A model generated the notes under the pieces. That model was not told the DNA's origin and did no database searches. It worked only from the letters and a program-made list of their open reading frames with translations. A stretch of DNA of 64,000 nt, taken from Spirochaetaceae bacterium. Its GTDB lineage: Bacteria; Spirochaetota; Spirochaetia; DSM-2461. The stretch lies in NCBI GenBank assembly GCA_965224705.1, contig OZ245056.1:2880001-2944000 (forward strand), in the 5' to 3' direction. Shown here one piece after another: positions 1-9,954 of the stretch. The stretch's first letter is position 1, and the number at the start of each line of letters is the position of its first letter. The position numbers and the translations under genes are program-made.

Positions 1-1
1 A

Positions 2-391
2 AAACTATCGCCAAAACAGAAAGAAGCTTTTTATTCGTTGGCCAACCAGTTTATCCGCATTGATGGCAAGGTTTTAAGGTCAGAGAAACTAATTATAAAG
101 CAGCTCAAGACAGAGATGGGGTTATCCGCGGCTGACAAACCAAAGAATCTATCGATCAGCGAAGCTTGTCGGCCTTTCAAAAGCACAAAATCCAGAGTAT
201 CGGCAATTCTGGAGATGATCGGCATTGGACTTGCAGACTCAGATTACAGCAAGGAAGAAACCGCTTTTGTCAATGAGATGGCACGTAACTTTGGTTTTGA
301 TGAGATCAAATTGCTGGAAATGGAAAACTGGGCACTAAGGATGCTGACCCTATCGAAGGAAGCCGCTGAGTTCATGAAAGAGGAGGACTGA
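2..391 (+). CDS. TerB-like protein, 5' partial (runs off window)
   Basis: Frame open from base 2 (KLSPKQKEAFYSLANQFIRIDG...E...); second TerB-like motif GLADSDYSKEETAFVNEMARNFG. Confidence 0.6.
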   Translation, partial: KLSPKQKEAFYSLANQFIRIDGKVLRSEKLIIKQLKTEMGLSAADKPKNLSISEACRPFKSTKSRVSAILEMIGIGLADSDYSKEETAFVNEMARNFGFDEIKLLEMENWALRMLTLSKEAAEFMKEED

Positions 392-393
392 TC

Positions 394-1401
394 ATGCCTT
401 TACCTCTGGTTCTTATTGGAATTGCCGCTGCATCAGCGATATTTGGTGCAGGAAAGGGAGTGCAAGCCGTGAGTGACAACTCAAAGGCCAGAAGCCTGGA
501 TGATGAGGCTCAGGATATCTTTGACACCGCCAAGCGCAAAATGGTTCGTAGGAAATCGCTCACGAAAAAAGCGCTTGAGCAACTCGGAGAGGTAAAGCTT
601 AACGCCTGGAACGACCAGATCGGCAAGTTTGTCAAAACCTTTTCAAAAATCAAGTACGTAAGACTGACTGGCGGCGTCTCAAAATCCGATCACCTGACAG
701 GTATGACCAGAGATGAGTTGGCTGAGATGAAGCAGATCTCCCTGCAAGCATCTGAAGTTGTAGGCGGCGGCCTGGTCAGCCTCGGTACCGGGGTTCTGGC
801 CGGATTCGGCGCATATGGAGGGGCCACAATGTTTGCTGCTGCATCAACCGGCACTGCTATTTCTACCTTGTCAGGCGTTGCTGCAACTAACGCAACACTG
901 GCCTGGTTCGGTGGTGGATCACTGGCGGCAGGCGGTCTGGGTATGGCTGGAGGAACACTGGTTTTGGGCGGGCTGGTTGCAGGGCCGGCATTGTTAGTCG
1001 GCGGATACCTGCTTTCTGCGAAAGCGAAACAGAAACTGGCTGCAGCACGAAGCAACTATGCCCAGAGCGAAGAAGCCGCTGCGCAAATGAGCAAGGTTGA
1101 GACAGCCCTGAAAGGTATTGAAAAAGTCGCCAGGCAGTATACTCGGTTTATTGAAGAGGTTGCCAATGAAATGACCCCTGTACTTGGAGACTTAAAGAAA
1201 ATCGTCACAAAGTCCGGAATTGATTACAGGAAATACAGTAAGGAACAGCGAAAAAAGGTTCATCTATCTGTCGAGTATGCCCACCTGTTGAAATCCTCAC
1301 TGGAAGCACCCCTGCTTACAAAGAACGGTAACTTAAAGCGCGGCATCTCAAAAAACCTGAATGAACTGGGTTCTGCGAGAGAAAACCTTCTGGAAAGCTA
1401 A
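394..1401 (+). CDS. Uncharacterised membrane/coiled-coil protein with long Gly/Ala hydrophobic hairpin
   Basis: 335 aa ORF, RBS AGGAGG upstream, N-terminal hydrophobic segment, central ASTGTAISTLSGVAATNATLAWFGGGSLAAGGLG segment flanked by helical regions. Confidence 0.75.
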   Translation: MPLPLVLIGIAAASAIFGAGKGVQAVSDNSKARSLDDEAQDIFDTAKRKMVRRKSLTKKALEQLGEVKLNAWNDQIGKFVKTFSKIKYVRLTGGVSKSDHLTGMTRDELAEMKQISLQASEVVGGGLVSLGTGVLAGFGAYGGATMFAAASTGTAISTLSGVAATNATLAWFGGGSLAAGGLGMAGGTLVLGGLVAGPALLVGGYLLSAKAKQKLAAARSNYAQSEEAAAQMSKVETALKGIEKVARQYTRFIEEVANEMTPVLGDLKKIVTKSGIDYRKYSKEQRKKVHLSVEYAHLLKSSLEAPLLTKNGNLKRGISKNLNELGSARENLLES

Positions 1402-2843
1402 TGAAGAAGCAGGACAATGAGCAGGCTAAAACAGGTTCAGCCGACTCTTTCAGCTCAGGTCAGATCGGTGCGGCTTTATCAATTAATCATTCTAATGCTA
1501 CTGATGAAGTCATCACCGGCATGGCTGACTTTCTGACTGAGGCAGGGAGAAGGAGCAAGTCCCTTGCCAACCCCGAACTGATAGACATAGCCCAGGGCTA
1601 TCTGTTTGAGGCAATTGAAGTAACCAAGTTCAATAGAGCAGCCGCTGAAGCTGGAACCCCATACAGAGCAGTACTAACCGCCTCAATAAAGGGGCGGGCC
1701 ACGGATACCGTTGATATAGAGATACGGGTTGGAAATAAGGTCGTAAAAAACATCCAGGCCAAATCTTCCAGAAGTGCCGCCAGGTCGCTGCACCAGATAA
1801 CCCAGGACAGGTACAGAGGGATGGACAAGCTTATTCCGAAGGAGCAAGTTGATAAAGCAAAGCAGCTTGCTTCCAGGCGCGCATCATCCGGTTCAATTAA
1901 GGCACAGGATTATAAAGATAGCGTCAAGAACTTGAAGGGTGAAATTGAAGTCGGCAAGGTTAAATCAGGCGGGACAAAGTATAAAGAAACCCTGAAAGCA
2001 GCCAGAAAGCCGGAAGCATATGCAGCCCGGATGGAAGCCAGGTCACTTGCTGAAGAGGCCGCATCAACTGGATTGAAATCCGCGGGAGTCGGAGCGATTA
2101 TCTCTGGTGCAATCTCTGCCATTAAGAACACATACAACTACCAAAAAGGTAGGATCACAGGCGAAGAGGCCCTCGCCAATGTTGCCGCTGATACAGGCAA
2201 AGGTGCGGCAAAGACTGGAGCCGCTGCTGGGACCGGCACGCTGATCCGATATTCAGCAAAGAAATTTGGATCTAAACCCCTGGCTAAATCGAATGTAGCC
2301 GCCGCTATCGCCGCATCAGCTATCGATGCAGGAATTACCATTCATAAGTATGCCAGAGGAGAGATCTCAGGCGCTGAAGCGATGCAGGAGATAGGACAGA
2401 ACGGCACCAGCGCAGCCTCAGGCATTTTCATCGGTGCGGCAGCAGGCGCAGTGTTCGGACCCGCTGGTGCTTTAGTAGGCAGTGTAGGTGGGTTTATCGT
2501 ATCCTCAAGCGTGTATCAATCCTGTCTGGCCATCCTTAAAAATGCTGATTTAGAAGAGAAAGAGGCTGAAAGAATTGAAGCCCTTTGCGCACAATCAATC
2601 AAAGAGATTAACCAGCAAAAAAAGGAATTTGAGAAACAGCTATCAGCAATGCTTAAAGAGAAGGATGCCGCATTTGATAAGCTTATATCCAATCTCAGCA
2701 CAGCCTATGCGAGTGATAACTATATCGGGTCATTCAATGCCCTTACAGACCTTTCCTTTTTCATGGGCAGCAAGTTGAAGTTTAAAGATTTTGAAGAGTT
2801 TGACGACTTCATGACAAGCTCTGACGGCCCTCTCGTTTTATAG
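1401..2843 (+). CDS. Uncharacterised protein: possible PD-(D/E)XK-like (D..QxK) domain, glycine-zipper membrane region, coiled coil
   Basis: 480 aa, TAATG overlap with upstream gene; motifs GYLFE...DTVDI...IQAK, GAAAGAVFGPAGALVGSVGG. Confidence 0.7.
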   Translation: MKKQDNEQAKTGSADSFSSGQIGAALSINHSNATDEVITGMADFLTEAGRRSKSLANPELIDIAQGYLFEAIEVTKFNRAAAEAGTPYRAVLTASIKGRATDTVDIEIRVGNKVVKNIQAKSSRSAARSLHQITQDRYRGMDKLIPKEQVDKAKQLASRRASSGSIKAQDYKDSVKNLKGEIEVGKVKSGGTKYKETLKAARKPEAYAARMEARSLAEEAASTGLKSAGVGAIISGAISAIKNTYNYQKGRITGEEALANVAADTGKGAAKTGAAAGTGTLIRYSAKKFGSKPLAKSNVAAAIAASAIDAGITIHKYARGEISGAEAMQEIGQNGTSAASGIFIGAAAGAVFGPAGALVGSVGGFIVSSSVYQSCLAILKNADLEEKEAERIEALCAQSIKEINQQKKEFEKQLSAMLKEKDAAFDKLISNLSTAYASDNYIGSFNALTDLSFFMGSKLKFKDFEEFDDFMTSSDGPLVL

Positions 2844-3042
2844 ACAAATTGAACATAGACAGGGGTACAGCATTAAAATATGCGCCTGGAATGGTTAAAT
2901 CATCTTACATTTTGAAAGTTCAATCCGGTTTTTCACCACGAATAACGGCATCCTCTGAGCCTCTGCCCCTGCCGCTGCATTTACGGTGCAGAGTTTAACG
3001 GCAAAATCACATGTTAGTTGGAGAAGACTCACGACCGGGAGC

Positions 3043-4425
3043 CTATTCCGCCTGGTGCTCGGCCAGGTAGGTTGCGAAGGCCTTGTCTGCGACCAGAATG
3101 TGCTTGACGAGCCAGGACTCTAAAAATTCCCAGATCTTGTCTGAAAAGATATATTCCCTGTCCTTGCTGATTTCCATCACTCTCTGGGTGAGGCGTCTGT
3201 GGAGTTCATGGTGCTCATCCAGACGGGGGTAGTGATGCTTCTTCATCAAAACCTCCTCCTGGGCAAAGTGGGTCTCTGTGTACCGGATCAAATGTCCCAT
3301 CAGCCGGTCGATTTTTTCATCCGAATCCCTGTTGAGAACGGACTTCTGAAAGTCCTGGGCGTAGACAAAGAGCATGCGATGTTCGTCGTCTATCTGGGCG
3401 ATCCCCAGAGAGAGGTCGTCGGACCATTCGAGAAGGGAGATCTGTTTCAATTCCGCCCCGGATTCCTCGTCTTTGTGATTGATGAGTGTCAGCACCGAGT
3501 CTCCCTTGTTGACCACGGTTTTCTCATCTACCTCGCGGCAGATCGCACCGTCCTTGCCGTTTATCGCCAGCGGACGGATGTGGGGCCTGCCCCGAAGAAA
3601 GTCCCCCAGGGACTGGGATGTCTCGCTATTCTTAAAGAGCTTGAGCTCGTACCCCATAAGGGACTGGGAAGCCGCTGGCAATTCGCCCTGTTTATCTTCC
3701 GACTCATCGGCAATCAGCCGGGCAATCTGCTCGCCCCCCAGTCTCAGGGGGTAGACCACCTTGTCCGCTCCTGCTCTGATGAGACGGTACTCCACCCCGG
3801 GATCGCTCCCCCTGGCGATGATGTTCTGCTTCGGATTCAGTTCCCGGACAGCCAGGGCAATGTTCACATTGGTGCTGTCATCGTTGATACAGAGAAGTGT
3901 CCCTCTGGCCCGTTCAATTCCGGCAGCGAGAAGGGTCGCATCGTTGGTGCTGTCCCCCAGAATGACGGCGAAACCCTTGGCCTGGGCAATTTCAACCAGG
4001 TCCGGATCGGACTCAATCACCACAAAGTCGATGCTGCCCTCGTAGAGCTTGTGGGCGATAGAACTCCCAATCCTGCCGTAGCCGCAGATGATATAGTGAG
4101 CTGCCAGTTTATTGACCCGTTTTTGCATGCGCATCCTCCCGTATGTGTTGTTCAGTCCCGATTCGACGATGATCTGTCCCATCCGCGAAACGATGGTCGC
4201 CACCACGCCGATGCCTGAAATGATGAGAATGATCGTAAAAGTTCTGCCCGCCGGAGAAAGCTCCCGAACCTCTCCAAAGCCGATGGTGGTGAGGGTGATG
4301 ACTGTCATATAGAGGGAATCAAGAAAGCTCCATCCCTCTTCGAGCACCATGTACCCCGAGGCCCCGGCGATGAGAACGGTAAAAAGAAGACCGAGAAGGA
4401 GTAAGAGGGATTTATCCCACTTCAT
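3043..4425 (-). CDS. Potassium channel (2TM pore + TrkA_N/RCK) fused to C-terminal bacteriohemerythrin
   Basis: Filter TTIGFGE; HYIICGYGRIG Rossmann motif; hemerythrin motifs WSDDLSLGIAQIDDEH, HFAQEE, HHELH, HILVAD. Confidence 0.9.
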   Translation of the reverse strand: MKWDKSLLLLLGLLFTVLIAGASGYMVLEEGWSFLDSLYMTVITLTTIGFGEVRELSPAGRTFTIILIISGIGVVATIVSRMGQIIVESGLNNTYGRMRMQKRVNKLAAHYIICGYGRIGSSIAHKLYEGSIDFVVIESDPDLVEIAQAKGFAVILGDSTNDATLLAAGIERARGTLLCINDDSTNVNIALAVRELNPKQNIIARGSDPGVEYRLIRAGADKVVYPLRLGGEQIARLIADESEDKQGELPAASQSLMGYELKLFKNSETSQSLGDFLRGRPHIRPLAINGKDGAICREVDEKTVVNKGDSVLTLINHKDEESGAELKQISLLEWSDDLSLGIAQIDDEHRMLFVYAQDFQKSVLNRDSDEKIDRLMGHLIRYTETHFAQEEVLMKKHHYPRLDEHHELHRRLTQRVMEISKDREYIFSDKIWEFLESWLVKHILVADKAFATYLAEHQAE

Positions 4426-4620
4426 TAAGCTTGTCCATCAGGAACTCTGGCTCCGTCGTCGTGAAGTATTGGGTTGATGGTTCAGTTCCTGAGAAAGTGG
4501 ATGATCTCATCGGTAAAGTCCCTCTTTCCATCGTGAAGCTCTCTGGCAAAAAGGGCCGCCTTTTTAGCTCCCTTTTAACCTTAAAATAGGATATCATTGG
4601 CAGGGAGTGTTGTCAATGAG

Positions 4621-4770
4621 TTAATGCCTGACTGTCTGGGATCGAAATATTACACCTTGCGCTGATACAAGACAGTGCAATCCTCCGATTCCCAGCAGTA
4701 TCCTTAAAGAACGGTTGGCAAGAAACCAGCCATTCAGCAACATCAAAATAAGTTCCAACACAATTCGCAT
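4621..4770 (-). pseudogene. Short hydrophobic ORF (49 aa), possible truncated immunity gene of module A
   Basis: ATG overlaps the toxin stop (TAATG); MRIVLELILMLLNGWFLA... Confidence 0.3.
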
Positions 4771-5339
4771 TAATAAGCCTCTTTTATATTTCCATTGGGA
4801 ACTTTCACTGGCGCTGGTTTAGGCTTCTGTGGAACCTTTTCGGGACCTTCATAATGCAAATGAGATCCAGTCGTATTTCCGGTCAGTCCCACCTCACCAA
4901 GCTGTACATTCGGCGGCAGGGTAACAGGAGGAAGAAGATTCCCGCCGTATTTTTCGGTCAAACGATTGTTTTCCCGAAGTATACTACTCCAGGCCTGGTT
5001 TGACTTTGCATTGGGATTAATATGGGTATAAACCCGCTGGCCATCCGAACTGTTTGTCCTTATGTAGTATCCAAAACCGACTCCTTGGGTTTTGTTGATT
5101 ATTCTTGTTTTTGTTTTCTTATCTATTATGTCAAAGGAGAATTCAGTCCAACTCGTATCATTGCTGTCCCACTTAACCACTCCAATGGTCTCATTACCCG
5201 TAGTATAGATGGGTGCCCCTTCAGGGGCTGCTAAGTCCGTTGGAGTCTTACCGTAACTCGCCGTGTGACCGGGATAGTCAGTAACCGTGTATGGCTTCTT
5301 AATGGGGGCCCCGGTGGGGGGCTGGAATTCGTATACGTG
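4770..5339 (-). pseudogene. Module A: orphan M23-like peptidase toxin tip, 5' truncated
   Basis: Frame open from 5339: GHTASYGKTPTDLAAPEGAPIY...GFGYY...YTHI...LGEVGLTGNTTGSHLHYE; no start; IS1380 remnant upstream. Confidence 0.7.
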
Positions 5340-5359
5340 CTATCGCTTCACTTAAGGTC

Positions 5360-5493
5360 TCTTTATAGTCATGGATTTCCGATTCTCCGGTATAGTAGTA
5401 ACTCGCATCCATATTTGTTTTGTATTTATTTGCACGACAATATTTTAACATGGGAAGCCTGTTTTGTATCAAGGTAGTGGTGAGAAATAGGGG
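5360..5493 (-). mobile_element. IS1380-family left-end remnant
   Basis: 5479-5493 is the reverse complement of the IR CCCCTATTTCTCACC; the following about 100 bp resemble 22410-22570. Confidence 0.7.
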
Positions 5494-5542
5494 TTATCGG
5501 TATCTTCGCTATCCATTCTCGCTCCGCTCGCCGGAGGTAGTG

Positions 5543-5773
5543 TTAAATCATTTTAGGTGCCAACAAAAGAAATAGTAGCAGTATGAGAACAATTGCCGCA
5601 CCCGATATTAAGATAATAGAATAAATTCGAGCGGGCTTTCCGTTTATGATCCTAATTTTTGGGAAAAAAAAGACTCTTATTGATCTGCGCTTAATACCTT
5701 TTATTCCCTTCACCAGGAGATAAGCAATCAAACTTCCAAAAAGAATAACTATGCTTATGTACGATGTTATCAT
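5543..5773 (-). CDS. Module B putative immunity protein (2 TM)
   Basis: 76 aa, two hydrophobic segments, starts 2 bp after toxin stop, AT-rich. Confidence 0.65.
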   Translation of the reverse strand: MITSYISIVILFGSLIAYLLVKGIKGIKRRSIRVFFFPKIRIINGKPARIYSIILISGAAIVLILLLFLLLAPKMI

Positions 5774-5775
5774 TA

Positions 5776-7975
5776 TCAGAAATTCTCCTTATTCATGCCG
5801 TTTTCATCTGGCTTTGACGGCTGATTGACAGCATCATCTATTGATTCGAGTAAAGGATCCGCAAATCCAGTTTTATCTATAAGTATAGAAACGCCTTGGA
5901 TTACGGCTTTGCCTGGCATCAAAAGCTCTCCAACAGTTTCAGCTGCATCAGTTATGTTTTTTACTTTTTCAATAGTTTCTTCTGATGCACCAAATCTTTC
6001 CGCAATGCTCCCTGTTATTTCTTGCGGGATTGATATCGGGTCCTTATCATCGTCAAAGGAAGTCGTTATTTTTGCTATTCCTTCCACAAGACTCCTCAAG
6101 CCATCCAGAGTTCCAGCGGTTACTAAAATGGCGACAGGTACACTTAGAAGACCTACTGAAGCTGCTTCAGCAGCAACTCCTGTTGCGTAAGATACACCAA
6201 CTTCGAAAACACCTCCTATATTACCTGAAGAGTTCCTAAAATGAAATCCTTAGTACTAAATAAGCCAAAAGGATCAACCCAGTTCACCGGATCATTCCCC
6301 GTATACACATACCAGTTCATCCCATCCCGAATCGGATCCACCGTCGTAAACCGTCCCAATTCAGGCCGGTAATCTCTGTAACCGTAGTTATACAGCCCCG
6401 TAAGCGGATCAAAAGGCTTCCCAACATACCCCCTCCGGTCGGTTTCAATGCTTGCTTCTAAAGGGGAGCCAAACACATCGTAATCGTATAAATCTTCCAG
6501 CTGACCCGAAACGGTAAAGGCCGCCTGTACCGTCCCATGAAAATCCCCAGTGTAATAACTCTGATTCCCCCCGCCGTCTATCTCAGCCAAAGCACGGCTT
6601 CCGGCGATCAGAAAACTCCGGCTCCGATGGCCGCTGACCGCCGGTCTCACATCCGGTTCGCAGCGTCGGTAGCGGGTGGGGGCGGCGTTGTTAAGAGCAT
6701 CCACCCGAAGATCATTTTCCAGCTGCATGGGGATGGTGCCGATTTGGGTTCGCTCTTCCATGGGATTCAAGCCGATAGCCGCCGCTAAAATGCGCCCTTT
6801 GCGTTCCAGGCGGGGCTATCTCTTTCCAAATCGCCAAAACTTCGGCATCACCGCTGTTTTTCAGGGTGCGGAACTGATTCAAAGCCCCCTCTCCCGGTGA
6901 AAAATAGTAGGCGCTGCTTAAAGCGGGGTCAAAAAGTTCAGGATAGACTTTTGATTTATCGCTGACCAGTTTCATGATATCGGCTTTCAGTATAACTTCG
7001 CCGGGGTCGAAGTTCAACAGGTATTGGATAAAAGAATCCCCTCCGGGGGAACGCTGCTGCGGGAAAAGCCCTGCATCCAGACGATCTCTGTAGCTTTTTA
7101 TGAGAATCTCATCCGAAAAGGGGTAGCTGACACGGGCCAGGCGGTCCATATCGTCGTACTCGAATTCCCGCACCTTGCCTGTATGCCTCACGATGCGGCT
7201 TCTTTGACCCCCGGAGTTGTACACATAACCCTCTCCCCAAAGAAAATCATAGCGCATGGAGCCGGTTTCCCTGTAAGCCGATACCCCGGCCGGACGGCCC
7301 CAATCATCGTAAATGCGCCGCTGTTCCACTCCCCCGGGGAACTGGCGCAGGGTTTCCCGGCCCATCACATCGTATTCAAAGCGGATATCCTGATTCTCTT
7401 CGTCACTAACGCTTAGAAGTTCGCCCCTTTGCCCATAGGTGTAAACCTCGCGGATTATCCCGTCCCGCAGAACATGGGTCTTGTTACCCCGCTCATCGTA
7501 GCGGAAACCGATATCAGAGCTGAACCGATCATCGGTTTCCCGGATCAGCCGGTTTAATTCATCGTATTCGTAAAAAAGCCGATTTCCCTCTTCACCCGCG
7601 GCTTCCAGAAGATTTCCAACCGCATCGTAGCGATAGGAGACTTCCGTGCCCCTTTCATAACGCTCCTGGATCATCCGGTTGTAATCATCGTAGCTGTAAT
7701 GGGTCGAGTGCCCGTTAAAGTCAATGATTTCCGATAAAAGGCTCCCCTGATAGCGAAGCGTGCGGGTGTGTCCGTTCTGGCTGGTCTGTGATATCAAACG
7801 CCCCAGTTCATCATAGCGGGCATAGCGGCGATGGCCCAGGGGATCGGTGTCGTTGAGAAGATCCCCCGCCGCCGAGCGCCCGTAGCGGTAGAAAATCCCC
7901 TTGCCGGGACTGTAGCTGGTCAAATAGCCTAAATCATCGTATTCAAAACTCTCAATCCGACCGGGAGGAATATCC
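5776..7975 (-). pseudogene. Module B: Rhs core fragment plus hydrophobic toxin tip, frameshifted
   Basis: Near-identical to 16039-19986 core; ends NDPVNWVDPFGL; internal deletion near 6775; extra TA at about 6217 shifts the tip (VIGGVFEVGVSYATGVAAEAASVGLLSVPVAILV continues in another frame). Confidence 0.85.
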
Positions 7976-8006
7976 TCCTTGATGAAGGTTGCGAGGGTGA
8001 ATTTCT

Positions 8007-8065
8007 ATTGGAGATGTCCCGAATTCTGCTAAGAGATTGTGGTGGACGATTTTTGGGGCAGCACG
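8007..8065 (+). repeat. About 60-bp rve-element terminus, copy 1
   Basis: attggagatgtcccgaattctgctaagagattgtggtggacgatttttggggcagcacg. Confidence 0.85.
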
Positions 8066-8872
8066 AGACTTCCTTCCCACCGGAGATTGGAAAATATTCC
8101 TTAAGAGTCACTGGAATTCACTCTTCTGCTGTGATTTTCTGACGGTTGAGACATCAGGATTTCGACGCTTCTATGTGTTTTTATCATGGAGCTTAAGAGC
8201 CGAAAGATTGTACAGTTCGGGGTTACAAGGAATCCGGATTTTCAGTTTGTGGGTAATCAGCTTCGGGGATTCATGTTTGATCGGTAAGGTAAAAAGACGT
8301 ACCTGATTCATGATAATTCGGGAGAACTGAAGTGGTACGATTATGAATCACTGGGAATCAAAGGAATAGCAACTGTTCCCTTTTCTCCAAATATGAATTC
8401 TTTTGCAAAGCGATTTGTGGGCTCATTGCGCCGGGAATGTTTAGATCATTTCATCATCTTTGGCTACCGCCAACTCCATACGCTTGTCCGCGAGTATATC
8501 CGTTATTACAATGAAGAACGGCCGCATCAGGGTGTAGGAAACCGCTTGATTGAACCACAAAACCCGGTGAATCAAACAGGAAAAGTGAAGAGCCGTCCGG
8601 CTCTTTTTGGACTTGAGCGTTCCTATTACCGGGATGTGGCCTGAATTCTAAAGACAGCTAAACATTTATCTCATTTTCCAAGCCTGGCATAGGTGTATCC
8701 GTTTGGATTGACCGTTTGCTGGATTTCGGACTTCTCGGGGAAATCGGTCATGAAATCGGCGGGGATTTCTGTTGTTGGCTGGAAATTAGGAGCAGGGAAT
8801 GATGAATTTCCATTGGAGATGTCACGAATTCTGCTGAGAGATTGTGGTGGACGATTTTTTTGGTAGTATACG
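8066..8872 (+). mobile_element. Remnant of rve/DDE integrase-core transposase element ending in terminus copy 2 (8812-8872)
   Basis: Frameshifted WK.FLKSHW...CCDFLTVE...LIHDN...NSFAKRFVGSLRRECLDH...YYNEERPHQG. Confidence 0.8.
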
Positions 8873-8880
8873 GGATCAAC

Positions 8881-9945
8881 TCATCCCCCGGCATCTATTT
8901 CTCTCGCAACAACCCCAACTCCAGCATAAAAATAGTTAACCCGGTCATATTCAATCTTACCGATAGTCTTTCCTGCTGAATCAACATAACCCTTCTTTCC
9001 ATTAAGCTCCACAGTGAAAACACCATCACTGTAAGTAATAATGGAATCATATACCGGTGGTATAATGATCCGATTTTCTATCAAATCATAGACACCCATT
9101 TTTTCCAGAGATCGAAAAGATGCATAACGGTTGTGGTATATAGTCATCAAACCATCAATGGTAGTTTTCCTTTGGCCGAATTTATCAACCATAATATTTT
9201 TTTCCGTTGTGGTATCAATTATAAACCAGGAATCAGAATAAGCCCATACAGCGGTATATATAGGGTCTACAAAGACTTCACCTTCCCAACTCATAAAACC
9301 ATACCCTACACTGCTGTCTGCATTAAAAATAAGAGTGTCTCCCGCCATGAGTATTTTGCTAAAACAAATATCTTCATTCAAATCCCATTCATTATCCTTT
9401 AATTCAATAATGCATCGTTTTTTTCTACCTTTTACTAAAGCTATTCCCTTTCCAGGAATACTAATGGATAGTTTAATTGAACTAAAAGCCAGTGGACTCG
9501 CATAATTCCCATGTAAATCAATAATTCGATAATCAAATTTGGGCCGTGGCGGTATCCTTTTCCCTGTTCCAACAATCGCATATCCATAAGTGAAGCCTCC
9601 TACATCATCAAACCTAGGTTCAATGACAACTTCACCTTTTCGATTTAGAAAACCATATTTTCTTTTTTGAAAATCATAATAACCGATTCTGTCTTGTTCT
9701 AATGCAGCAAATGATGAAAGCCCACCTCTGGCGCGGTGGATTTCATCAAAACTGCTGTTAAGAAAAGCAAATTCTTTTCCATATTCTATGGCAATAATTC
9801 CTTCACTAAGTCTTGACACATACTCAGCTTTAGGAATCGAATGCAACACAATACCATTCCGATCAATAATTTCCCAGTCATAGGTCTCAGCATAAAGTGT
9901 GCACCTCAATAGCAATATCAATACTGGCTGAATCCATTTCTTCAT
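8881..9945 (-). CDS. Module C putative immunity protein, exported WG-repeat protein
   Basis: Signal peptide; repeats KYGFLNRKGEVVIEPRFD, YGFMSWEGEVFVDPIY, KKGYVDSAGK. Confidence 0.8.
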   Translation of the reverse strand: MKKWIQPVLILLLRCTLYAETYDWEIIDRNGIVLHSIPKAEYVSRLSEGIIAIEYGKEFAFLNSSFDEIHRARGGLSSFAALEQDRIGYYDFQKRKYGFLNRKGEVVIEPRFDDVGGFTYGYAIVGTGKRIPPRPKFDYRIIDLHGNYASPLAFSSIKLSISIPGKGIALVKGRKKRCIIELKDNEWDLNEDICFSKILMAGDTLIFNADSSVGYGFMSWEGEVFVDPIYTAVWAYSDSWFIIDTTTEKNIMVDKFGQRKTTIDGLMTIYHNRYASFRSLEKMGVYDLIENRIIIPPVYDSIITYSDGVFTVELNGKKGYVDSAGKTIGKIEYDRVNYFYAGVGVVAREIDAGG

Positions 9946-9954
9946 AATTAAAAC

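Noticed and set aside
2940..3019. attC-like segment GAATAAC...GTTAGTT with inner hairpin
   Set aside because: Core boxes are poorly complementary and do not fit consensus; single copy.
3199..4218. Long antisense ORFs (also 22666-23697, 26300-27172, 44617-45429, 47384-48166)
   Set aside because: Shadow frames of well-supported genes on the other strand, no recognisable motifs.
5336..5346. cgtgctatc as the inverted end of the rve element at the truncation of tip A
   Set aside because: Only about 8 nt match and adjacent bases do not follow the terminus; could be chance.
5494..5545. attC/REP-like stretch after module B immunity (ATTTAAC...gcgagcggagcgag)
   Set aside because: No matching GTTRRRY or extended stem; single copy, cut by an IS end.
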